Assembly: GCF_963921235.1 (NCBI RefSeq)
Contig: NC_086107.1
Location: 97,032,001-97,096,000, forward strand
Source of the DNA: Mobula hypostoma
Taxonomy: Eukaryota
Length of the DNA stretch: 64,000 bases
Reading direction: 5' to 3'
Made by a program: the position numbers and the translations under genes. This document shows, piece by piece, positions 26,515-40,262 of this stretch; within the stretch, counting starts at the first letter, position 1; every line of letters begins with the position of its first letter. The notes below the pieces were generated by a model. The model searched no databases. It was not told where the DNA came from and saw only the letters and a list, made by a program, of their open reading frames with translations.

Positions 26515-27220
26515 CATGCACAAAATGCTGGGGGGGGGGGTGTGGCGGATCTCAGCAGGCCAGGCAGCATCTATGGAGGCAAATGAGCAGTCAATACTTC
26601 GGGCCAAAAGCCTTAGTCAGGACTGGAAAGGAATGGGGCAAAGGCCAGAACGAAAAGTAGGGAGGGAGATGAGTACAAGCTGGAAGGGGATAGGTGAGTC
26701 CAGGTTAGAGGGGAAGGCAGGAGGGTGGGGAAGGGGAGAAAGGGAAGGCAGCAGTGATAGGTGAAGAGGCAAAGGGATGAAGAAGAAGGAATATGACAAG
26801 ACAGTTGACCATGGAGTAAAGGGAAGGAGGTGGAGAACCAGGGGGAGGAAGGTCTAGGTGATGGCAGGGGAGGGGAAAGAGAAGGGATAAAAAGGCCACT
26901 GGGATAAGGGAAAACAAGTAGGGAGTGGAGAAAGGGGGAACAGAGGAGATAGTTACTAAAAAGTTAGAGAAATCAATGTTGTTTTTGTCAGAATGGAGAC
27001 TACCAAGATGGATTTGAGGTGTTGCTCCTCCAGTCTGCATGTGACCTCAGCGAGGCAGCAGAGGAGATTGGAGACAGACACACCAGTATGGGAAGGGGAA
27101 GTCGAATTGAAGTGGCTGGCCACTGGGAGATCCTGACTGTTATGGCAGATGGAGTGAAGGTACTGTATGAAACAATCGCCTGATCCACCAATAGAGAGAC
27201 GGCCACACCGGAAAGCTCAT
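26515..27220 (-). mobile_element. Penelope-like element 3' end
   Basis: Minus strand LEEQHLKSILVVSILT/NNIDFSNF matches the 15985-16505 element; degenerate hammerhead core at 26588-26625. Confidence 0.75.
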
Positions 27221-28224
27221 GACAGCGTAGATATTGAGATGTTTTCAGTAGTGGAAGAGTTTCGAATGAAGGGAATGAGATAAGGAGCCAGAAATTTAAA
27301 ATGAGGTATGGAGAACCTTCTTCTTGTGGAGGGTGGTGAATCCCTGTGACTCCCTACTCCAAAAAGTTGTGGAGGCTAGCTCATTAGAAGTTTTAAACTG
27401 TGGATAGGTATATTTAGAAAGATCAGGGATCAGGCATGGTGGGAGAGTTGAGGCCTGGGGTTGATAGCCATACACATATTGACTGACAGTGTAGGGTAGA
27501 AGGCTTACTCCTACTCCCACTTCCTTCCTGTCATTGACTGACTTAGAAACTTCAGTGAGAGAGGGGTAAACCAGTCCTCGCCTTGTTTTCACTTTATTTT
27601 TACATTTAAGTCTAGCTGGTCGCCAGATACAAACAAGGGCATTCATGCTTTTGAAATTTATATTTTCTTGAGCTTTATAAAACTGCACAGTCCTGACCTT
27701 GCCACTGGTTATCCTTGATTCCAGAGGTCCGTGCTTCTGTGACCTGATTATTGCTCCTGTGACAACTGGTTGGTTTATATAGTTTTGCAAGGAAACTACA
27801 TAGAACTTACAAGACTAAAACAGGCCAATGGCAATGTTTATGCTCCACGGGAACTTCCTTCCAGACTTCTGCACATCTTCCTTTAAACATTTACCTAAAT
27901 ATCCTTTCTCACGTGTCCGACTTAAAAAAAAGATACTCTACTCTCTGAAGAAATTTCTCCTGAATTTCTTGCTGACATTATTTAAAAAGTTATGTCTACT
28001 TAGGAACATAGCAGCAATGAGATTGTGGGGGCCACATACCTAATGAAGAGCAAGGAAGACCTAATTCTTAGCAATATACAGAATAGAACTGGAGTAGGCA
28101 AGAGGACTTCTGAAACCTGTTCATCTATAAATAAGATCGTGGCTGACCAGCTCGCCCTCTGTTCCACTTCTTGCCTGCTCTCCACAGGCCTTGGGTCCCC
28201 TATAATCATAAACTCTTCTCTCTA

Positions 28225-28628
28225 TCTTACTGTCCATTATGCCGCTGGTAATTAAGGCAGCAATGAAGGTCCTCCATCTCTGGTGGTGTTCAGGGCTTCC
28301 TTCATCGTATCAGTAGCTTCCTTTTGGTTTTCGTTACCGTCAGTCATACAAGTCCCGGGTGGAGACTCAGGAATACCATCGCACTCAGATGTAGAAGGAT
28401 TCTTCATTGCTGTTTCCATAACAATTTTGTTTTACATGAGCTGACCCCCCAAACCTGGAGGACCGGTGGACCACTCTTAACCTGGCCTCTATCCTTTGAC
28501 CTGTTTGGCATGGGTGAGCCTACTAAGAGCCAAAGCAATAAAGTCCTGACTCCAGCCAACTCAGCTCTCCGGGTCATTGAGGCATGACAGGCCTCCAAAC
28601 CTCGGCAAGGTTGTGGTCCTCCTGGAGG
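28225..28628 (-). mobile_element. RTE-derived bipartite non-autonomous retroposon
   Basis: 5' end resembles RTE 5' UTR (accacaaccttgccgaggtttggagg...cacccatgccaaacaggtc); related copy at 55200-55515. Confidence 0.6.
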
Positions 28629-28929
28629 TTGTTTATCTCAGCCTCAATTAGTTCAATGACTCAGCTTCAATACCTGGCTAAAGAAATTCAAAGGTTCTCA
28701 ACCCTCTGAGGGATGAAATTTCTCCTCTTTTCCATCCATGAACTAGATACCTCTGTGAGGGAAAACATCGTCTCAGCAATTATCCTGACAAACTCCCTTA
28801 GACTCATATATTTAATCAGATAAAGTTCCCCATAATGATCACATCTCATGTTTCTACTCACTGAAATGTATATATAAATATTATTTTTCTGAACACCACA
28901 AATCCAGATTGCTTAACCTTTCATTATAA

Positions 28930-29635
28930 GATGATAAAAGATTCCAGGAAGTGAGCACATACTTGGATGGCCTCAATGTGAAGAAACTTCGGGACGGGGC
29001 ACGAGCAGACGTTTGACTCAATTTTGCCATTTAAAGCATCCATTAATCACTGATTAAAGCTTCGAGGAAGACTGAGACATCGAGGTGAATGCAGCAGGCG
29101 AGCGAGAGTTTTAGCGCTGACTGCCTGCCCTTTGATTGTTGCCAGAGAAGGAATCTGTGAGTGGCCTATTGCAGTGGCAGGTGGGTAGGCCTCTCTGCCT
29201 CGTGTGGTGTCTCTCTCTTTCGATGAATGTCGGTGGTATCGTAGGATGGTATTGTGGTTCTGCGTGTATGGATTAGATTATTGCGTTAATGGACTGTGGA
29301 CTTTTCAGACTTATGTTTTTTATATTTTATTTTTTTTAATCGCCTGTTCCTTTTCAGTTTTGTTTTGCCAGGGGAAGGTGTTTGGGGGTTGATGTTCTGT
29401 TGCGTTCTGTTAGTTTCTTGTGCGAGGTCGATGTTCCTGTTCTGTTTTGAGCAGGGGGTGGGGGGTTTTTGTGGTTGATGATCAGGACACCATTCTTTTT
29501 TGCATGGGGGTTGGGCGTGGGTTTGATGTTTCTCTCTGAAAGACTTCACGTTCTTTATTTGTTTCGTGGCTATCTGGAGAAGGCAGATTTCAGAGTTGCA
29601 TGTGGATACATGCTTTGGTAATAAATGAACCTTTG
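28930..29635 (+). mobile_element. Non-coding retroposon with a Rex1-like 3' tail
   Basis: Ends ...catgctttggtaataaatgaacc; related reverse element at about 45630-46420. Confidence 0.5.
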
Positions 29636-29927
29636 CCCTTTGCCCTTCATCAATGAAATCAGCCTAGTGAACTTTGTTTCTGGCCTACCTTCCAAAGAGC
29701 GCTATCCCTCCAATCGTGGGGTCACACAGTACAGAAATAGGCCCTTCAGCCCAATTGGTCCGTGTAAGCTAAGACGCCCTATCCAAGGTTGTCCCATTTG
29801 CCAGTGTTTGACCTATAACCTTACCCTTTCCTGTCCATGTTCCTGTCAAACCGTGTTTTTTTAAAGGTTGTTACTGTGCCTGGCTCAATCGCTCCCTCTG
29901 GCAGCTGATTGCAAATAGATGCCACAA

Positions 29928-31275
29928 TGTTACGTATCCGCACGTCAAGAATGACAACGGAGTAGTATCATGAAACGTTTTGACTGAGTCATGCATACGC
30001 TGTGCAATTTAGAGCATGGGAACCACGAGCCGGGTCCACCAAGACAAAAGACACACGCAATCGACAGTCCGCGCCCTAAAGAGAGTGCCTCCTGCACGTG
30101 GGGGGCCCAGTCGATTCACCCGAGTGATCGATCCACTGCATGCATTCTTGCAGTCGATCTGGTATGGTACATCCCTCCCTCCTAAGAGAGAAACCGCAGA
30201 CGAAGGGAATGATGAATTGTCTATCCCGCTTGGGTGGGAGGCGCATCCTCAGGGACTACCACAGGGGGGCAGCGTTCCTCTCTGTGTCTTCCTGGTTAGC
30301 TGATGTTGGAGGGCAGTGGACGGTGAATCTCCTCTTCCCTAGATGAATTGTCGATTGGTTCATCTGCTGGGATGCTGGCTTCATCAGTAGGGGACGCTTC
30401 TGTAGCTTTCCTGGGACCCCCATCAGTTTGCTAGCATTTATGATCCAAGTTCATCCATCTGACAGCTCAAGCTCTGCTACATGACCATGACAATCCCGGA
30501 TGACAGCCGATAACCAGCTTTCTTCCCGTAAGAAGCTTGTGCAGATTTTGTCTCTGGCACCAAACATTCGCGGTCTGCCGTGCAGATCATTCTTTTGATT
30601 CATGACCTCTCGCTTGCTTCAAATTTTCTCTTGGCTGGCTGGCTGTACGAGATCTAATCTGGTGCGTATGGTGCACTTAAACATTGATTTGGCAGGTGAT
30701 GCACCTGAAAGTTCATTTGGGGTAACCTGGTAATACAAAAAGGAAATGGTTTAATTTTGTTATCAAGTCACACTGCTTTAGTTTGGAAAGGCCTCCTTTT
30801 ACATTTGCTCAGCCTGCTCCACCAGTCTACTTGATGCCCTATGATTTGGAGCCATTGTCAGGTGCTTCTTCTTCATCATCATTCTTCTTGATAAACTCCT
30901 CAAATTCTGCTCTTGTGAAGACCAGGCCACTCTCAGATATGATCATTTCCGGAATACAAAATGTAGCTTAATAATGGTAGCTGCCGAGGAACATGATGAA
31001 TTAGGAACATGCCTTTATCCGCTTTGCATGAGCATCCGCAATAACCAGAGGTATGTGTCCCCAGCACAGTGCAAAATGATTGATGTGGATGTGCTTCCAC
31101 AGGGAATCAGGCCAGGCCCATGTTTTAAGTTGGGGGGGGGTGCGTGTGCTTTGGCAATGTGTTTTGCATCTGCTGACAAATAGGGCAGATGTGCGCCAAG
31201 TTCTCAATATCAGTGTCCTTTTTAAGCCACCGCACACAGCTTCTTGCCAGAGCCTTTATTCTCACACTGGGGGGA
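29928..31275 (-). mobile_element. Gypsy element A, 3' part (integrase, PPT, 3' LTR)
   Basis: Minus strand RIKALARSCVRW..DIENL...CPICQ and W.WPD..WKHIHIN...LVIADAHAK; PPT AGGAGGGAGGGA at 30172-30183 abutting an LTR TGTACC...TAACA (30171-29928). Confidence 0.8.
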
Positions 31276-34200
31276 GTTGTGTATTTTAATATTTCAGTAA
31301 TATTTGAGTAATACTGTAAATATATTGTTTGATTAAGCATTTGTTTTTTATAAATAATTATGGATCACATAATAATTATGGGTCATATGTAAAAGTATGT
31401 GAATGGCATAAGTCATCCCACCACCACATCATATGTACGTGCCTTGCTTAAAGTAAAAATAAAACTAAGACTCACATTTACGGACTCTCTGTGTTTTCCT
31501 TTCAATTAGTTTTATGTTTTTGGAGTGGCAATAAGGAAGTTTTAAGTGAACCTGAGACTACCTGTTGAAGCACAGTGAGACATTTGAGTTAAAAAAAAAG
31601 CAGCATAACACGTGAGTCTTCAGGAAGGACTGAAATGGTCGAGTTAAAAAATAAAGTCAGAAAACAGATTAAATTCACAGGTTCATAAACAGTGAGTGCT
31701 AAGTGATAATAACCATAAATAAAAATAAAGCAGAAATGGCTGGCTACATAAGAAAGATAGATGCATTTGAATGCACAACAGATAATTTGATATTGTATGC
31801 TGAGCGAATTGAACAGTATTTTGAAGTAAATGAAACAGCCAATGAAAAATGAGTTCCAGCTTTGCTGAATGAATTGGGTTCAAAGACATACAGTTTGCTT
31901 AGCAGTTTAACTGCTCCAACCAAACCAGCCGAAATGAGCTTTGCTGTACCATGAAAGCAATGCAGGAACACTTAGAACCAAAACCATTGTTTCAAGATGA
32001 TGCCAGTGACCAATGCTGACATCCTGCAGGCAGTTCACAAAACTACTTATTTTACTTTTTTCTTTCCAATTTGATTCTATTGCTAAGTTGTGTATAATTA
32101 GAACCTGTGATTTACTTTTAATGGCGTGTTTTTAGGCCAATTGAGTAATCTGGTGCCTTGCTGTCTCTGAGGGAGTTTGGAGAGGTTGGGAGAAGAGTGC
32201 ACTGCCTGGTGGCCTGGACATCAGCACGAGCCCAAGATTAACTCCATTACTTCTCTCTGATTGAGGCGTTGACCAAGGTTGAAGTCAACAAAGATGGGAG
32301 CGGAGGACGGGCTGGTGTTTGGCGCCATTTGCCTGCGTTTGACCAGTCTTCCTCTCCCGCTAGCGGCTGTCAGAGGAAAGCGCAACAGTCTTGGGTTCCA
32401 CATTGAAAGGACTGATCAGCAAGGCTCCTGGCTGTGGACTTGTTTTGAGGGACTTTGACGTTCAAGTTGCATGTGTTACTGGATTCTGGTTACTCTTTTG
32501 TTTTGCTGATTTTGAGCAGTTTGATTGAGGCAAATGGTGAGGACTGGGCAGAACGCTTTAGATTTCAAAGCAGAATCAAAAAGAAGGGTGTATATTTCAA
32601 TGTACGTGGCTAAACTGAAGAAATTGTTTGAGCATTGTCAGTTCAGTGATGGACTGAATGATACACTGAGAGATCATTTAGTTTGTGGAATCTTGCAAGA
32701 AAGCATTCAAAAATGGCTCCTAACTGAAGCACAACTTACATCTAAAACAGCAGTTAACATTGATGTATCAATGGGAACAGCAGACAGAAGTGCAATTGAG
32801 TTGCAGTCAGGAATTAAAATAAGTGTGAGCAAAATTGCAGTATCCAAACAGAAATCAGCCTGGCCAAACAAATTGTGTTACTGTTGTGGCAGGAGCTCAC
32901 ATACGCCAGACCAATACAAGCTTAAAGGTGAAACTTGCAGAAATGCAACAAAGCAGGACACGAACAAAGATCACGTTCGGCAGAGAGTAATAAATGGACT
33001 GCACTGGGAAGAGAAAAAGATAAAAAGTCAAGTTGCAGTTTCAAAAAGAGCACTAATCTGCATACTGTTGATGAAAAATGTGATAATGATAAGAGTGACA
33101 CAGAACTGAACAGCTTTCAGATTTACAATATGATTACTAACAAGAGACAAGCAACACGCCTTACACTAGAAGTAAGTGACAAATTAATTGTAAATCTGTG
33201 GGAATGACATTTGTAACAGCGAAATACAACAACCAACAAGCCACATTGGGTTTATATGTAGTAAAAACAGGAGGACCAGCATTGTGGGAATGTGATTATA
33301 TGAGATAACTACAATTTGATTGGAGATCCATCCAGTATTTACATGCCACACCCCCTGCAATAGAGTCAGCTAAAAGCAAATGAAAAAATATACTGGATGA
33401 TATCACAGCACCACAGCAGTTTCCAAGAATGGCATTAGGAAAACTCGAGGGAGGAATAGAGTTAAATGAAAGTGCCACACACAAGTTTTACAAAACCTGT
33501 CTGGTTCCTTATACATCCATGATAAAGTAGCTAGTGAGCTGCATAGAGGCTGAAGGAATTCTTTCCAAGGTTGAGTGGAGAACGTGGACAATGCCAGTGG
33601 TCCCAGCAGCCTAAAATAATGGGTCTTTTGGGATCTGTGTTGATTTTAAGGTCAAAATCAACCCCGTACTGAAAGTAGATCAATACCCTCTGCCTAAGAT
33701 TGATGATATCTTTGCAAATCTTTTCCAGAGGAAAGTGGACTTAGCTGAGGCCTACCTACAGATGGAGATGGAAGAAGAGGCCAAAGGGTTTCTCATCAAA
33801 AGCACACGCAATGGGCTTTATTGCTATAATAGACTAATTTCTGGAGAAGCATCTGCGCCTGCACTCTGGCAGAAAGCTATAGACCAGGTGCTGAAAGGCT
33901 GCCTGGACACTCAGTGTTACCTGGATGACATCATTGTTATCAGTAAGGATGACAAGGAACATCTCCAAAATCTCAAGACAGTGTTAAAAAGGTTGGAAGG
34001 TTATGGGCTCAGAGCATGACATGACGAATGTGAATTCTTTAAACCAAGCATCACTTACTGTGGTCACACCATTGACGCACAAGAATTTACACAAGTGTGC
34101 TGAGAGAATTCAAGCAGTGGTGGATGCTCCAAGGTTAAATAACGTGTCCACAGTTGTGGTTCTTTTTAGGATTTGTCAGTTACTATAACAGGTCCCTGCT

Positions 34201-35088
34201 AAACGTGGCTACTGTGTTCCATCCCCTGAACTCATTACTACAGATTGGGAAGAAATGGCAATGGGTGAAGCAGTGTGAGGTAGCTTTCCAAAAGGTGAAG
34301 GAAATGGTGACATTAAACACAGTACTCACACATTCTGATCTACATTGCCCAGTGAAGCTTGCCTGTGATGTCTCGCCTTGTAGCACAGGTGCAGTCACAT
34401 TACATGTTATGAATGATGGAAGTGAATGCCCCACAGCCTTTACATCACCTTCTCTTATTGCTGCAGAGAAAAATTACACACAAATTGACCGAGAGACCTT
34501 GAGTCTTGTTTGGGGTGTAAAACGCTTCAACCAGTACTTGTACAGGAGAGAGTTTACCCTCATTACTGATCATCAACCACTAGTGTCCATTTTCAACCCA
34601 CAGAAGGGAGTCCCACTAACAGCAGCAGCACGAATACAGAGATGGGCGTTGCTTCTTGAAGGACACAATCACAAGATTGAATTCCAAAGGACGACTAATC
34701 ATGAAAATGCTGGTGGATTGTCAAATTTGCCCTCGGAGAATGAAGTGCCAAAAAAATTTACAGAAGTGGATAATCCTCTTGAATTATTCTCCCTAATACA
34801 GATCAGAAGCCTCCCTATTACGGCAGAAAGGAAATGAGAAAAGACCTCACACTGTCTCAGGTCTTCATGGCCACCCAGTCTGGCTGGAATGTGCAAAAGA
34901 ATTCCCAGTTCCTCTATTTTTACCAGCATCAGATGAACTTGACCTAGATGGGGGTTGCCTTATGTGGTGTTTGAGAGTTGTACCAGCCAGGCTGAAAGCT
35001 AAAATGCTGGAGGAGCGACAGGTCAGTTCTCCAGGTATGGTCAAAATGAAAGTGTTGGCTCAAAGCTTTATCTGGTGGCCTGGTTGAT
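31276..35088 (+). mobile_element. Gypsy element B (5' LTR, gag, RT, RNase H, start of integrase), 3'-truncated and degenerate
   Basis: LTR 31276-31525 homologous to 41987-42237; gag ATG at 31736; YLDD near 33918; RNase H LACD...AEKNYTQIDRETL...LITDHQPL; ends at GMVKMKVLAQSFIWWPG; unrelated insert about 31995-32560. Confidence 0.9.
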
Positions 35089-36048
35089 GCAGGACAACAC
35101 TGATGACATCTTTCTAATCCACTTTCTGTCTGGCAAATAAGGCTGTTGGCCTCCTCTGACCACATGTGGAACAGGTTCCTCTGGTGAGCCACATCTGCTG
35201 TAAAGACACCACGTACACCCATCCTCTCTCCAGTGTAGCCGTGGAACACAAATTCCGTTGTTATAATTTTGGAATCAGACGTTAGGATTATTCCCTGGTA
35301 TCCAACTCAAACTTCATCAGCTGGTTGTCCACTGGAGTGTAACCAAGTACGGAGGCTGGTTTTGGTGGCTCATGTCATGGGCTTGGATAATACTGCTCAC
35401 TTCTTCACTCTGGCTGTCTCCTTGCATCAAGCTGATGGTTGAATTCTGCCATAAGGCTTCTCTTGACTGCCTCCCAGTGGTGAGCTATGGAACATGCCTG
35501 TCCCAGGACAAATGGTGCTTTTTGGATAGGAGGCTCTCGTACATCTTCCCATCTTGGACTCCAACAATCAACACTTGGATAAGCATCGGTTCCTTGAACT
35601 TACTCAGGGGAATATTTTTGTACTTGCATTCCTGCGCTGCTAGGACCAGTCTTGTGCTGAAATCATCTACATTCTCACTGGAATCTGTCACAGCTGAAGA
35701 GTACCATAAAGGCACTGCCCTACATCCTCCAAATGTTGGCCAAAGCCTAAAACGCATCTGTCAGTTGCAATTTGATCTGTAGGGGCAGAGCATCAAAGTA
35801 TTTCTACCCAAGTTCTCCCACGTGCATGTAGAGCAGCTTGAGTTTCACTGCTTCCTCCAGCTTTGCTACCGCTGGTGAAATTGGTAGGAGTTCGACGTAG
35901 TCCAGGAAGTTTCTTTACCATTGCAGCCAAGTTCCACCAGTCAGTTTTGCCATAGCTGCGGTCCAAAATTAATTGTGTGTTAGACTAGAGAGGCCATTCT
36001 TGTTTTGATCCTCATCGCCAGAATGTTAATATAATTTGATGCAGTACA
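35089..36048 (-). mobile_element. Gypsy element A, 5' part (PBS, gag)
   Basis: PBS-like TGGCGATGAGG at 36020-36010; gag-like ENVDDFSTRLVLAAQECKY...MLIQVLIVGVQD. Confidence 0.75.
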
Positions 36049-36710
36049 CACCCTTTATGTAAAAATGTTGCCCTTCATATTCCTCTTAACAGTTTTCCCT
36101 CTCACCATAAAACCTATGCATTCTAGTTTGTGATACCCCAACTCTAGGAAAAAGGGTGCCTTCACCCCATCTATGGCCCTCATGATTTTGTGTAAGATCA
36201 CCTCTCAGTCTCGTACACTCCAAAGAGAAAAGATTAAGCCTCCATATCACTCAGTCCTTGCAGTAATTTTTCTGCACTCTTTCTAGTTTAATAACATCTT
36301 TCCCATAACAGGGAAAAGGAGATCAAAACTGTACCTGAAGTGTGTTTTTACACTTTACTCCATCTCCTTGGTAACAAATGCCAAATTCCATTTGTTTCCT
36401 TTCCTACATGCTGTGACTACATGTCACGTTTCTGAGTTTCATGCTTGAAGATACCCATGTCCCTCTGTACACCAACATTCTGTTGTCCATTTCCAATGTT
36501 CTGCTCCTCTGGACTTCCTAACGAAGTGCATAACCTCACAATTCCCCATATTATGCTCTATCTGCCAATTTTTATCCATTTACTTAACCTGCTTAGACTC
36601 CACTTTTCATAGCATCAGCAAATTTGGCACCTGAATGCTCAAGCTTCTTCATTTAAGTATTAATGGGAATTTTAAGCGCTTAAGGCTTCAGCACTGATCC
36701 CTGAGGCAGC
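36049..36710 (-). mobile_element. Old CR1 remnant, continuing 29725-29927
   Basis: CR1 3'-end homology resumes immediately after Gypsy A. Confidence 0.65.
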
Positions 36711-39700
36711 ACACGAGCTGGAGCTTGCCAAACTGAAAGCAACATTTGGACAAGTATGTGGATACTCAGCTGTGGGCCAGTGAGGACTAGCTCAGGTAGG
36801 CACCTTGGTCAGTTTGAACAAGTTGCACAAACTTGGGTGTTGTATGTTTCTACGGTTCTATTTGCCTCAACTCTCTATTTTCTGTTGGGAGCCAAAGCTC
36901 AATTATGCTTATTTAATTCCCTGCAGCACCAGGAGCTTTAATTACACTGGACAACAGAAGTTTCAAAAGTGTTGCTTCCTCAGAATTTTTTTTTGTTTAT
37001 AATAGACTGCTTGAAGCCGAACACAAATATAATTCCAGACTATGTGTATCACGTAGGAATTTGGAGAAACAAGAAATTAAGTTTTATTGAATATAAAGTG
37101 TTTAATTGCACAATGGTGCTAACACTTTGCAATAGTTTAACTCGGCCAGTAATATTAAACCTGATTCTGATTATGAAAGCTATCGCGGCACTCTAGGTTT
37201 ATATCATTTAAATTAACCATCTACGCTCCTGCAAAATATAAATGACTTTAAACAGTTAATGTCAAATATGGTGTGTGTGTGTGTGTGTGTGTTTGTTTCT
37301 GAGGAGGGGAAATGGGGGAAGTGTTCTGGAGTCATATGCAGTTGAAACAGGGTCAGGATAGCTGGTTTCTTTGCCTGAAGGATGTAAGTGAAGCAGATAG
37401 ATTTTGACAGTCTATTAGTTTCATGCACCAACACAAAGACTATCTTCATTTAAAAGAATCCATATTATTATTTGCATTTAAGTTCTTCAGTTGCTGCAGT
37501 GGTACTTAGAGCCAGAGACGAAATCAGAACAGACCCCTCAGCCCATTACGTCCATACTGAACATGGTACCCACTCAGCTCGTCCTAATTTCCTGTGTTCA
37601 GCCTATAACCCTCTCCTTGCCTCTGTATGGACCTATCAAAGTACTTCTGGAATGATACTACTGCCTCTGCCTCAACCACTTCTTCTGGCAGCTCGTTCCA
37701 TGTACTCACCACACCCTGCATGAAAAAGTTGTTCTTCAGGACACTTTTAAATCTTTCCCTTCTCAACTTAAATCTATGCCCCGTAGTTTTGGTCATTCTT
37801 ATCCTGCCGAAAAGACTGTTACAATCCTTCTTACTATGCCTTTCATAATTTTAAGTATTTTGATATGATCACCCCTCATCTCCTATGTCCCAAGGAATAG
37901 AGATGTAGCCTGTCCAGCCTCTCCCTCTATCTCAGACCCTCTCGTCCTTGGAACATCTCCTGCACTCTTTCCAGTTTCAGCACACCTTTCCTAGAACAAG
38001 GTGACCAAAACTGTACACAGCGTGGCCTCACCAATGGCTAACACATCTGCAACATGATGTCTTAACTTCTCTATCAGTGCTCTGAATGATAAGCTAAACA
38101 CCCTTTTCACACCCTATCTGTGACTCTGCTTTCAACGAACTACACAATAGTGGTCCTGCTCCATTACACTCTCTAGCGTCTTACCATTCATAGTATAAGT
38201 CCTAAACTGGTTTAGTTTTCCACCTCACACTTAATTGTATTGAAATCCATTTGCCACTCCTTGGTCCACATCCCTATCTGATCAAGATCTCCTTGCAATC
38301 TACCATGTTCTTTTTCATGATCAACAACAGCTAATTTTGTGTCATCCATAAATTTACACATTGCTCAAGCCTTATACATTCACATTCAAATCATTTATAT
38401 AAATAACAAAAAACAAGGCTCCCAACTGAGATCCCTGTGGCACAGCATTATTCCGTGGTTTCCATTCGGAGAAACTAACTTCAACTAACCTTCTGTTTCC
38501 TACCTCCAAACCAATTCTGAATCCACCAAACTAGCTCTATCTGGATTCCATGGGACCTAACCATCCAGACCAGTCTACCATGCAGGACCCTGTTGAAGGC
38601 TTTGCTAAAATCCAAATAGACAACTTCAATTACTCTGCTCTGATCTACCGTTTTTGATTATCTTTTAAAAAGCTTTAAAAGGTTAATCAAGCACAAACTT
38701 GCACGTACAGAGTTATGCAGGATCCTCCTAATCAGAATCTGTCTGTCCAAATGCTGGAAGATCCTTTCTCTCAGAATTCCCTCCAGTAACATCCCCACTA
38801 ATGATGTCAATTTGACCACTTGTCTGGCTTGTTTTTATTAACCTTTATAAAAAACAGAACAAGATTCGTAACCTTCCTATCTTCAGGAACTTCGCCAGAG
38901 GCTAATGATGAAGGAAGTATCTCTTCAGGGACATCTGCTCACCCATCTCCCACAAAGTCCAAAGATACATTCTGTCAAGTCCTGGGATTTATGCACCTTA
39001 ATGTGCTGTAATGCTGCAAACATTGTACAACCATGATTTTCTCTTCAGTAAACAATGAGGAGAAATATTTGTTAAAAATCCCACCCATTTCCTGTTTGAG
39101 ACATAGTCAACCATGCTGATCTCTCTACTGTCTCCCTAGCTTGTCTTTCACTCCTCATGTGGATATAGACTGCATGAGATTTTCCTTGAACTTACGTTCC
39201 AGATCTACCTTATACCCTCTTTTTGGCCTTCTGATTTCCCTCTAAACCTCTTATTCTTAATCTTTTTATAGTCATCAAGGGATTTACCCAATCACAAAGT
39301 CCTAAACCAGGTATATACTTCCTTCTATTTCTTGACCAGAGTCTCATTGGCCAAGACTCCCTAAACTTGTCGGGTTAACCCTTCGCATGCTGCAACTGGA
39401 CCCTTACCATTGCACTTGAAAAGCCTTCCACCTACTTTCCATTCTTTTCCTCTCAGATAGGCTTAATCCTGCTCTATCCTTCTCCATTGCCATCTTAAAG
39501 CCAATAAAATTATGGAGCTAAAGCGCTTCCTGACTGCCACTTCAGTTACCTGCCCTGTCTCTCTCCCTCAGAGAAGGTCCAGTATTGCACCCTCCTGCGT
39601 AGGACCCTCTATATATTAACTCAAGAATCTTTCCTGTACGCATTTCACAAATTCCACCTTGTTCAGTCCCTTAACATTCTGGGTGATCCAGTCAGTACTG

Positions 39701-40262
39701 GGGTCATTAAAATCTCTCACCAATACAACCCTATTATTCTTACAACCATGAGCAGTTTCTCTACATGTTTGTTCCTGAAGTTCCCGATGACTGTTGGGGA
39801 GCCTATACCAGCAGTCCTGCTCGAGTGACCCTCACCTTCTTATTTTTGAGTTCCACCCATCTCCCGAGAATGTCATCTCTAAGCACTGCTGTCGTGACCT
39901 CCTTTATCAAAAAGGCTACACCCTCTCCACGCTTAACCGTACCCCTGTCATGCCTGTAGCATCTGTATCCTGGAATAATGAACTGCCAATCCTGCCCTTC
40001 TCTCAGTTGTGTTTCTGCTGTGGCTACAACATCCCACTCCTTGGAGCCAATCCACCCTCTGACTTCGCCTCCCTTACCTGTTAAACTCATACATTGAAAT
40101 AAATGCAGTTTAATCGGTATTCCTTTCTCTGTCCTTACCTTGTCCCTGGCTATCCGGATTACTAAACTTGCTTTCTCTGGTTGTTGTTTTACCCCTTGAC
40201 TTGCTCCTGCTCAGAGTTCAACCCTCTTTGCCAATCTAGTTTAAACCCTCCTGTATTACATT

